Shown here in pieces: positions 31,404 to 43,120 of a DNA stretch of 64,000 bases. The position numbers and the translations under genes were made by a program. The stretch lies in the NCBI GenBank assembly GCA_043228905.1, contig JBHGNT010000001.1, positions 33,170,001 to 33,234,000 on the forward strand. The letters run 5' to 3'. Position 1 is the first letter of the stretch. Every line of letters starts with the position of its first letter. The DNA is from Azolla caroliniana. Its lineage: Eukaryota > Plantae > Polypodiophyta. Below the pieces are notes generated by a model that did no database searches, was not told where the DNA came from, and saw nothing but the letters and a program-made list of their open reading frames with translations.

Positions 31404-32930
31404 TTGTTAATTGGCTACCCCTTGTTGCTAACACTCGCCGAAATAACCATTGTTCGATGATCGTGGAGGGAGTCATTTCCTCCTTTTCCTGATTTCATTT
31501 AAGTTCATTGCACATGGCCCTGCGATCTTATTTTCTAAGCATGTGCTCCGAAGAGTCTATTGATTTTTTATGTCCCACCAATGTTTGAGAACTTGAAAAG
31601 CATGTATTATGCAGGGAAACTAATGAGACATTCAATCATTATCAAGACTGGGCTACAAGTTTGTGGGTGAGATGGGATAAATTGAACATTGGAGTGGAGT
31701 CATGGTACCCTTTTGATATACCATGCAACCTTTATATAGGAGGGCATTTCATAAATAACATGATGTATATTAATACAAGATTAAATCATTAGAGGGAAAA
31801 TGAATTGTGGCTCTCTTGTATCACTTTCAAATTGAAATTGATGGCCATGAAAAATAAATAAATAACAAAACCTTTAATTATGACACACTAGGGAGAGCTT
31901 TGTGCTTAAATTTTCTATGCCTTCACACAAACCAAAGGTTTATATCAATTAAAAATTTATGATTGGAACCATCTACAGTTAAATTGTTTCTTCAAAAAAT
32001 AATGTAATCGATGATCACATTCAATTGGTATTTGAGTGCAAATTTAATCTAAGGGTGGAAATATCCACACATGGATAATTCACCAGAAACACAATGAAGA
32101 TAGGTTAATGTGCCATCAAGAATTAGGAATTAATATGCTTTATTTCTAGAACTATAAATTTGGGGTCTGATTTTGAAGCAATCATGATATGTAATCTTGA
32201 ATTAGATGTTGTGATAATGACCATGACCTTGGTAATGAGTTGTGGCTAACAAAATGAACTTTGATACACGTTGTATATTCTATTTTATAGTTTTCATGTT
32301 TATAAATTTTTGATTTAAATTTCCAAGTTGGTTGATAGTCTCTCCTAGTTAATTAATCTCTAGTTTTGTCTCACTCAACTGATTTGCTAGCTCATACAAT
32401 TTTCTTCCTTCCAATATAATCCAGTAATAATAATCTTATATTGTAACCCGTTGCACCTAATGACACAAAATAATAGCTTTGCTCCAAACGAGTAGACTCT
32501 TTACCATTAAAACAATGTGCTATGTCGTTTCTAATAGAATTCAATGCATTCATGGTATTGGTATCAAAATTTAGGAGTAAAGCATTGTGCTTCACACTGC
32601 TTCCATGGGATTGAACAATATTTTCCACAATGGAGTTCAATCTCATCTCTAAGTTCTGAGAAGGATGTTTTGTGGGATGAATTACTCAATCCATTCTCCA
32701 CAGCACCCTTGAGATTTCAACAAACTAGACATCATGCCACGAATTAGTAGACTCCTGAAGTTTATGATTATTTTATTATCATTTTCTTATGAACCTTGTC
32801 GCCTTTCTCTAACTTTTTCAACATTACATATATCTTTTTCCAAGCTGCACGTAATGCCTTCTTTTCAGAGATGATGGCACGCTTAGTTTGGACGTGTACA
32901 AATGACGAAGCTTGTACCTACATGAATGTC

Positions 32931-33000
<70 letters not shown>

Positions 33001-33369
33001 CTGGAAGAATCAGAATTACCTTCCATTCCTATTCAATCTTAGATTGATTACATTCTAGCATTATATTGTTGCTTTTTGGAGCAGTTGTTTCCATAGCAAT
33101 GTCCATCACAAATTGCGAGGATTCCGTGTTCAATGTCATGTTGGAGAAAGATAAAAGATACTTTTGCTCGAATAAGAGACGAAACAAGAACTCACAGAGT
33201 TTGAAGAGAACGAAAACCAATGAACAGTACAATGAACGAAAACCAATGCGCAACCTAAGCAACTTTCAGGAACAATCATTTTCAAACATTTGATTATGAT
33301 ACTTCTCAAGGATTTCAACACTTAATATCGTTGAGAATTTTTGTAAAGAGGAGCCTATCAGTGAATGTA

Positions 33370-33820
33370 GGGAAAAGCAAAGAAACAGATTTTCTATTTC
33401 TTGATAAGGATGAGTGAAGATGGTGTGGGGGGCTGAAGCATATTTTCAGGAGGAGATGAGGACAGTTACTCATTTTGTTTTTGTATGTACAGGCCTTCGG
33501 TGTTAATCGGTGAGAGGGTGGATGTAGGAAAAAGAAGTAGATTTTCTATTTTTTGATGAGTGAAGATGATGTCGGGGGCTGAAGCATATTTTCAGGAGGG
33601 GATGAGGACACTATACTCATTTTGTTTTTTTGTATGTACAAGCCTTTGGCGTTAATCGGCGAGAGGGTGGGTGGATGTGGAAAAAGAAGCAAATTTTCTA
33701 TTTCTTGATAAGGATGAGGAATGATGATGTTGGGGTTGAAGATATTTTCATAGGGGATGAAGAGAGTAGACTCATTCTGTTTTTGGATGTATAGGTCTTC
33801 AGTGGTAATTGGCGAGTGTT
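33370..33820. repeat. Tandem repeat, about 152-bp unit x3
   Basis: attttctatttcttgataaggatgag...gggctgaagcatattttcaggag...actcattttgttttt...ttaatcgg recurs from about 33389, 33541 and 33693. Confidence 0.88.
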
Positions 33821-35524
33821 TCAAGTGGAAGATGAAGATAATTTTGTATTCTTGAAGCCTCTTCGACTGAAAATAATGGCCTCCTTAATAGCAATGACAA
33901 TGTCACATTGGAGAATGCAGATTATGAAGATCAAGATACTAGGTTCGGTCTGGAAGAAATCAATGAAAGTATGAATCCTCTGCAGGTCTGTGATGTTGTA
34001 GCTGTGAGAAACAAAGCAAGGAAAATGCGACCTCGGAGACTGTAGAGGTAGGGGGCAGTGATATTGTTCTTCATTTGCCTAGTTGTAATGATATTTCTCG
34101 TACCAAGTCTCCAAAGAAGCATTACATGAAATTCAGTCTTTTGAGAAGGTTTCGATTGAAATGGAATTTCTGAAAGACCTTGAAGATTTGGAAGGAACTT
34201 TTTCTGATGTAGATCTCAATGAGGATGTAAAGTCTTTTGGTCAGCCTGCATAAGGCTAAGTCGACACATGTTGAAGACAATAGTTGCCTGGGCATCATGG
34301 AAATTTTGGTGTCGACAAATGCAGCAACTGAAGCAGGTGTTGAAGTAGTCCACAAAAACTTTCAGCTAAATCGAAGGCTAGTATGTGTTCATCATTCAAT
34401 GGAAGAAGGTTAGGATGAATCATACTCAAAGGGGTTTAGCTAAAAGTCCAATCATGCCATTCCTTTTAGTTTTCCACTCTGAGTCTTTGAGCTCTGTTAT
34501 TGGCCTATCATGGTTACAGCCTTTATAATGTTGTCAGACTAATCATTTTGTCATGTATGTAGAATTTCTACTAATGAAGAATATTTTTTTGGAAAAAAAA
34601 ATGTAGGGAAAAGCAAATTCACGAAAATCAAGAACAAGCAGCTAAATGTTTACCCGTACCAAACAAATACTTATGAATTGGCATCATACTACCACCTATA
34701 AGTGGGCAGACGCATACTACAAGGCCAGTTGGGGAAGCTATTATATTTTTTAATCTAATTGCAATCTCAATAAGCTTCAAGGATGGCAGAACATAAATCA
34801 AGCATTGCAATGCTTTGGAAATCCATGTCTTGCTATATGGTGTGGAAACCTGCTCAGCCACCGATTAGAATTGGCTGAGCAGAATGGAGAAAATCAGTAG
34901 AATGACTCTCTACGAAATGGCCACCAGATGAGGAAAGGTGGGAGTGTAGGAGTTGGATCTATAAAAATCAGTTTAAAGGAACCCTTTCAGTCCTTCTCCC
35001 CATAAAGCAATTTGAGCACATGTATCTTGCACACTATTGGAGACATGATCCTAGGATGAGTTGATTTACTTACACCATGCAGATTATCCTCTTGTATTTT
35101 AGCACTATAACCAGCATGTAATCCAAAACACATGCACTGAATAATTTTGTCTCTAGCATCATGCCCCACGGGATTTGTAAGGCTACAACAACCACCTCTT
35201 AACCAGCCTCTATATATGATTCATAAATGGACGCAGCATAACTCTACATTGAAGTTACCCCGTGAGGCCTACGAGTGCCACCAAAGAGATAGGATACAAC
35301 AAGTAGCTTATTTACTTCCTTGCACTATGCTAATTGCCCTATTGCTATGGAGTAAAATACAACAAAGGACACAATAATGAAGATGTTTCCCCTCCAAGTC
35401 ACCTCATACCTGACCTATATTTAACTTTTCATGGCTTTCTTTCCTGTTAATTATTCAAATAACCAATTTTCAAGGCTTCCTATCGGAAGCATGTACAGGT
35501 AATGCAAGCAATGTCATGTATTAC

Positions 35525-38500
35525 CTTTCCTAGAACAGTATTTTCGATATTCAGTGAATTTATATCTTCTTCGATCAACGTTGGATAGCCTCCTAAAACC
35601 GTTCCACAAGATGAAAGTATAGACTTCAGAACCTATACAAGCCATGGGCAGGTGTTAATGTAAAAAAGAACTGACACTGCAGAGGTGCACGTACATATAT
35701 CCCCTTACTAAGACAAACCTGGGACTCGTTTTCTGGGCTGATTGGTTCATCAAAATAAGCCATAGCAGTAGCAGCTTTATTGTAAGACCATTTATCTGAT
35801 TCCGAATCCCAACCAGCAACTACAAGTTCATTTTCTGATGCAAAGGCTGCCCTCGCCCAAGCTAAGATACTTTTATCTACACCTGCTTCAGTGACAGGGA
35901 ATACAGCACCATCTGTAAACATTCAAGAACTCAGTGCTCGTTTATGTAATACAAATCTATACAAAATAGCTTCAATTACAACTCATCACATTTAATTGAC
36001 TTTAAAACGTGTAACTGAAGATCATGGGATAGATGGAAATTGTGAGTTTACAAAATATCTGCATTGGCGTCAATTTGCTTTTCCGGACATCTCATTCTAG
36101 GCCACGGGTGTTTCACCAAACTATGAGAATTCATGGTTTTTTGCCCTTCTATTAGGAAAAGACATAGTAGATTCTTGTATTCTTTTGTGGCCTTTTGTTT
36201 TCTTTATTTACTTTAATGAAGAAACTACAAGCATTAGAAGGAAATGAATATATAAAAAGAAATCATGTTTACCAGCTGGAAGCCCAATAGCATCAAGAAG
36301 TGCCTCATTTCTTGTACTTCTAATTGGACCCAAGATAGAAGCCTGCATATCTATCAATCTTTCAACAGTTGTAGCCTAACTTAATTCTGCTAAAAGAATC
36401 ATTGGTATTTAGAAAAACATAGCTAACAACAAGTCAACAGAGTAAGTCTGCTTCTTTTGGTGGATTCATACATATCTAGAGAGACTTACTTACCGGTAAG
36501 TCAACCGAGTAATTTTGATTCTCCTCATCAACAAATCCATAGTCCAGCAACAGTTGGGAAGGGGAAAGGCTGGGCCCATATGAATCAAAAACTTGCTCTC
36601 CTTCGCCATAGCTCTTATGTGCACATAGATATGCAATTTCCCTGCTACAGTCATACATAAGACATGACTCTCTTCCGGCTGAACTACTATGGTTTAGCAT
36701 GTCAGCCCAAGGGACCAGCACGGTAGAATTACCACCATCAGTCCAAAGACAGTCATCATCCTGTATAAAGACAACAATGAAAAAAGTTTGGTTCTGAGGA
36801 TTACAAGCAACATTACCACTTTATGCTGGAAGGAAATTTACCTCTTTACCCAGGTCTAAGGAGAATGCTCGACTTAGTAAAATAGCAGCTGCCCATCGCA
36901 TAGACATCTCATCAGCAATGATATCGATTCCAGAAGTAGAAGACTTCAAGGTCCTCACACCAGCAGTTAGTATTGCTTCATAGTCCTCCCTGCAACCCTT
37001 GAGAGTCTTGTTGAATTAGCAATAATCTGGGGAGAGAGGGAAGAGGGATACTGAAACAGATCATACTTGCATTGATTTATCCTCCCTTTGAGTTTAGCAA
37101 GCATCGGTGATCCAGCCAACAACTCATCACAAAGCTCCTGTGGTAAGCCCTCCATATCAAAATTTATAAACATATAATGGATGGGCTGGGTGCAGCTATA
37201 CACTTCTAACAATACCTGTGGCCACAATAATGGATGTTGTTCAACCATCTCCAGCTCTGAAGGAAGAAGCGAAATATAGGGATCCCACATGCTTTTACAG
37301 CCTTTAGCTCTTTCAAACAATAGATGTAAGCACAAGCCTTGCCAAGGTGTTAATCCTGCCTTTTCTATAAGGGGACCAACATCAGGACATGCAAGTGCAG
37401 TCTGCAATAAAAGTCATCTACTATCATGTTAGGACCAAACCATCAAACTCACTAATTAAACACCAGTAAAAAGTAATAACAGAATAATTAAATAAAAATT
37501 AGCCAAAGAGGAGGCCATAGATAACACTCTCTACCCAATCCATTACCCCAGATTTGTCGTCAATGGCCATCATCAGTTTTTGAGGACTTCCTATGTCCAA
37601 TTCCATGGGATAGAAGAATCACACTTTTCGAAAGCGGTGGTCGACATCGATGGAAGAGCCATACCCTTCCAACATTTCAGTAGTAATATCTCCATGCAAA
37701 ATAGGAAGAAGTGCACAACAGTAAAGGTTGTTAACTTCTAACCTTACTAGGCATATATTTTATGTCTAGACATACCTATCCATATTCTGCCACAAATGAC
37801 GAGCTAATAGACCTATCCTGGACTAATTGATTCCATTATTATAAGGTTGCAGGGAAATGTGGGAAATGCATGGATCCAGAACTTACAACTGATGTAGTTA
37901 GATATGGATTGCTTGAATTCAGAACTTAAAACTGATGTAAGCAGACATAGAATGCCTGGGTCCAGGACTTTAAATTAATGCAGTTAGATATGGAGTGCAG
38001 GGGACTATAACTTTAAAATACTGTGATTAGATATAGAGTGACACATAGGCACATTATATATCCCATATATCCCAAAACTCAACACATTAAGGAAATCAGA
38101 AGACCTTAAAATTAGGGAAATTCCCTTAAATGTGTTCTTCTCTGATAACAATGTTTTGATGGCTTTGTTCTGTGTTTAGCCTGTTTCATTGAGCATACAA
38201 AGTGAAACACAATTTTTGGTGACACCCATACATAGAAATCGAAACATGCTTAGAAAAGTACGGCTAAGGTCTTGACTAGGAGATATTGGTCCAGAAAAGA
38301 GGCTTTTTGTGAGGGCTGCTAGGAGCAGACCAATGTTTGAAAACTCTCCAAGTTCACTTGCAATTTTCATTCATAATATTTGGAAATTGCCTTTAAATCT
38401 TGATGCTGAAGGTACAATAGCTATGCATTTTGAGATGTTTAGAATAAATGTTTCTTTAGCTTTGGCATGTAAACATTCCCTGTATTGTAATATCCTACGG

Positions 38501-39153
38501 TGAGAACCACAGTGTGGACAAGCCCAAATCAGGAGCCAATAAGTGTCCACTTTGTAGCCTATATAAAGGCACACACACCCATCTTTGCGCATTTCTTTCT
38601 GATCTCTGGTATATTCTAGCTTTTTGTTAATATAGCAACATTATTTACAACTTTTTCCAATTTATCTCCTTGTCATTAGTGTTAAATTCTTCATAATATT
38701 CTCCCATAGCTATGACAAATATCAACACTACATGATGCGTTTTAGCTTTTGGTAAAAATCCAAATTTTCTAAGAATGCAACTTAGAGTCTCCGAGGAGAG
38801 CACAAAAGAACGTTTACCTCTTCGCACATGAAAGCTTGGAGAGGAACCTGAACAATCTCTTGGCCTTCTAAGATTCCACCTTCCCCTGCGATGGTTCCAA
38901 ACCCTATAAAAGTGTTCTGAGGGAAGCTGTGGAGATGCAAGTTGCAAGGGTTATGGCCAAGACTATGTAGCCACGATTGGAGATGTTCTTCTTTATCCAT
39001 CTGCGTCTTCTTGATAGAGCTCTCAGTTGCAAGGGGAGCACGATAGGAGGAGCGCGGGGGGTGGAGCCTGGGTGTTGTAAAAGCTCCATTGAAGCAGGAG
39101 CAGCAGAGAGTGCGGGAGGGGGGAGGGAGAATGTGGTGAATCGGCATGGCCAT
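35525..39153 (-). CDS. Rubisco LSMT-like SET-domain protein lysine methyltransferase, probably plastid-targeted; multi-exon; 3' end not resolved
   Basis: Transit-peptide-like N-terminus from ATG 39153; exons encode LCLHLLFERAKG...WDPYISLLP, WAAAILLSRAFSL, LVPWADMLNHS, GEQVFDSYG...QLLLDYGFV, PISPENESQ, LGGYPTLIEED. Confidence 0.85.
37872..38040. repeat. Degenerate minisatellite, about 43-bp unit x4, in SET gene intron 1
   Basis: CAGAACTTAMAACTGATGTAGTTAGATATGGA-like units. Confidence 0.7.
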
Positions 39154-39669
39154 GTCTTTTCTTTGGTTTTGTTCTTGTTTGAACTCAGGATAACTCAAAA
39201 CTCAAAATGTCTCCCTCTCCATTAAACTACAGACAGACATACATACATACATACATACATACATACATTACTCACTTGATTTCCTCATCCGAAGAGTAAA
39301 GAGTAAAGAGTAACAACACCATGAAATCCATAATGTTTTTTTACTCATCAGGCCGAAACACAAACGCCACTTCTTATGCCAAGAGCCTAGCACACGCGGA
39401 TTGTTCGTACCCATCATCAACACGCGAAAGTTTCGGATGATTGCAGACACACAATAAGTCGTGAGCTAACTAATGTACCTCCTAAGCAAACGATGCGAGC
39501 AGCGTGTGTGTAGTGAGCCAAACTGGGACGTGATACGGACGTACGTCTTCGGAGGATTGAAACATGAGTTGCGATTTGCTATATATCATCCATTCGGATG
39601 TTTAGGGACCTGCCCCAAGCCATTTGCATTGCCTTCACTCACATATTGCACCATGCACATGTTGAACCA

Positions 39670-41570
39670 CCTAATGGATGCAAAAGTTGACGTCTATGCG
39701 TGCTTCAAAAAGTTTCAATGTCTAATAATGGAGAAAGAGACTAGTCCGACAACATAGAAGAATATTTCTATGATGAATTTGCAACATACCTCCAATGAGC
39801 TCCAATGAGCAAAAGTACAACAACAATTCATGTGGTGATACATGCAACATCAAAACAAAAGAGCCATCACGTCATGATTAATGCAAAGAACCTACCATGC
39901 TCGTACTGAGCAAAAGTTGCGGCCATGAAAGATGACTCTAATGATACGCAATATGTCTCCCCTCAAACAGTTGTATGGGAGAAAGTTGGAGCTCCCACAT
40001 TTCAAGTGTTTGGTTGCATCACATAAGTCCATGTCATATATGAAGTATAGACCAATATTGGACCGAAATTGGAGAAGTGCATTTCTTTGGACCACTCACT
40101 CGAATAAAAGCTGCATAAGTGATGCAATGTTTCTTCTCATAAAGTTCATGTGTGCCTATTATCTTGTTTGATGAATCAACATTATGGCACAGTTTGAGGC
40201 CAACATCAATGTCAACATTAACACGGATATTGGGCCTAGCAAACACTGCTTAACCATGCCAATAAATTAACTCAAGCATGATGAATTGCCTATATGAGCC
40301 CTCAATCCTCGACTATGATACTTCACAATACATCGTGACTATAACCTAACTTGGTTAAGGCAAGGCTCAATTACCTAGAGGTTAAGTATGAAGAACCTAC
40401 CAAATTTTTTATGGTGAGGAAGCGTGAGTCGTCAATTTATGAGAAGTTTGGTGTCCTTGTCACAAGAACCTATGGTGTGAGGAAATATCTACAAAAGGCG
40501 ACAACTACATGTTGCGACACTATGCTTTCACAAAGAAAATAGTTGTGTGTCTTCAATTTGGATGGCTTCATTGAGGCGACCCTATTCCTCTTTGGTTGAA
40601 GGAGATGGAACGCTCTACAACAACAATATATGGGATCTCATCTCATTCCCACACCATATATCAATTTTCAATCTACAAGATAAAACACAACTCTAACGGA
40701 TTCATCAATCACTTCCAATCTCAAACCATCACCAAGTGTTATGCACAAAACCATGACGTGACCATTTCTCACGTTGTCATAAAGACTAATAACATATCAT
40801 CGTGTGCATAGATGGAATCACCAAAGTTCAGGACTACAAGATGGATGAGAAAACTATAGGCATTGATATATAAGAGAAATCGATAGCAATAATAGTATAC
40901 ATGTTGTAAAGACTTTGAATGAATAGTATAGCCCAATTACAGTAGGTTGATCATAGGATCAATAGTATAATTTGATTAAATCGTTCCCCCCAAATCCCTA
41001 AGCTCTTTCTATTTATACCCGTTCATCTTTAGTTTAATATACCTTCCCTATAGATTTCCTTTCTTCTAAACTATAAATACAATAAGGTGATGTGTGTTAG
41101 TAACACTCCGTGGTGCTCTTAAAGTAGAAGTTTTTATGGTGTCACTATTATTTCATTACTAGCATGGCTTCATAAGAATGAACACATATTAATAATTCAC
41201 AATGCTTACAAGAATGTGTACTTATATGAGACCGACTTTTCCTATTTTATATTCATTTGCTTGCAAATATGGACTATGCTTGTTTTGGAGGTAGTTCACA
41301 CTCTACACCAAATGCAACACAACGTTGCTACAATGAGGACAAATTTGTAGATTGTACTAACGCTTGTAGTGGCACATCCTTCGAATAAATGTAAACAATG
41401 GATTCCTCTAATATGGGCTTGTGGAAGACGTCTACATTCATCAACCACTCAAATTCAAGTCAAAATCCATATACAAATAGTATGTCAACTCAAGAAGTTG
41501 GTGTATGGCCTCAAACAAGTTTCGGAGGGTATGGTACTCAAATTAGATGATGCAATGCCTACATAGCATC
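39670..41570 (+). mobile_element. Highly decayed Ty1/copia retrotransposon remnant (integrase and RT pieces)
   Basis: KVDVYACFKKFQCLIMEKETS (cf. KSEVF..FK.F...VEKETG), QLYGRKLELPHFK (cf. L.G.KP.LSHLKVFG), VCQLKKLVYGLKQ (cf. VCKLKKALYGLKQ), in INT-then-RT order; no LTRs seen. Confidence 0.7.
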
Positions 41571-42449
41571 ATATTTTGCATGTGTAAGTCGGATAACTCC
41601 CATTGTGTGTAAACTAACTTTCTTAGTATCGAGTTCACCCTTTTGAGTGCCAACCTAGTAATTAAAGGAAAACATTCATTGTTGTCAATAAAGCGAAGCA
41701 TCTACTCTGAAATATAAGGTATTTATATGTAAACGCTTTTGGGCTGGAGCAAAAATACATGTTGAAGTGGCAAAATCAAAGGCCAAAAAAATGTGATGAA
41801 TATATTAAAGAGGTTGCATTCTCAAATGATGTAGAGCCACACATAAAACCGTGTTGATATGCCACAAAGTCATTGGTCCCAAAAATCGCAAGACGCCTAG
41901 AACAGTTGTGGTGTTTCTTAGGCTAGATTCAAAGAAATTGCAATGTGTAAACGTAGGAAAACAATATACACGTGGCAAAATAATTGATCACAAAAAAAAG
42001 TGAGGAAAACTAAAGAAGTTTGCTTGGAGTAGAATTCGACTTGTCGCCTTGACAAGAATGCTTGTTGACTTGGTAACAAACTCGTTGGGTCACGAAACTT
42101 GGGAAATGGTGGTTCCAAAGATATTAAGAAAGAGGGTTTGAAGCCTAGATTAACAAAAGGTGGCAAGACAAAATGCACTATGATGTGGAAACCTTGTGTT
42201 CCACAAAAAATAATACAAGGATGACTGAGGGAGGTTGTTGTCGAGGAAGGTTTCAATCGAGAGTGTGCTCGAATGGAAATTGTTCATGTTCACGTGGTGT
42301 AAAATCAATAAGAGCCAAGAAAAAGAGAGAGGAGGGTGTGGGGCCATAGCTCCTCCACCCCCCCTCCCACCCACCCGCCCTTCCCATGTAGCCGCTCGAC
42401 GGCCAGACGACGAGCTTTCCTTCGGCAAGGGTTTAGGGTTTAGGCGAGA

Positions 42450-43026
42450 TGGGCACGTGGCCAGATCGATGGTGCAAGCAAGCTAGGATTAGAGAGTGAG
42501 GATAGATAGGTGTACCTTGCATTTATTTACGTAGGGAAGGGATTTAACAAAGAAAGGAGAAGACAGACACAAGGCACGGACGGGATGGGAACCTGGGGGA
42601 AGGTCGGATGGGCGGGCGCCTTGTCTTACAATGTATGTGTGTGTGTCCAATGGTGCCACGTGAGACATGCTTGCGAGAATGGGCTCCTTCTCGTGGGTAG
42701 GGGTGGTGGAGTAGGGCGCAAGGAAGAGCGGAGATTGCGTGCGCCGCACGCCACCATGTCCTCACTTCAATTCCTTTACGTCAAGCCCATCTTAATTAAT
42801 TAATTAATTAATTAACTAATTTATTCCCTTCAAAATATTAAAAATAAAAAAAGTAGCCGCCCCGGTCCCTTCCTCTGTACATACATCAATCACTCTCAAT
42901 CTTCAGGAGCTGCAGAATAAGACACAGCAACCAGCAACCAGCAACCAGCAACCAATCCTCAACCTCAAACAAAACCCTAATTTCTTCGAAAAAAACCCTA
43001 GTCTCTCTCATCCATCCAAACCCTAA
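42450..43026 (+). promoter_or_regulatory. AOX promoter/5'UTR with G-boxes, an MDM-like NAC palindrome and telo boxes
   Basis: CACGTG at 42454 and 42657; CGTG-N5-CACG at 42738-42750; AAACCCTA at 42972, 42993 and 43018. Confidence 0.45.
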
Positions 43027-43120
43027 ATTCTGACAAAACCTGCGTTTCCCCCCCTTCCCCCTTGAGAACCCTCATCCCATCATCAGAGTAAGGAAGAGAA
43101 GGTAAAATCTTCTCCGCCAA

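Noticed and set aside
34825-34881. HVLLYGVET peptide (RTE-LINE-like) and a 10-bp hairpin tgctcagcca/tggctgagca
   Set aside because: Too short to support either a LINE remnant or a structural RNA.
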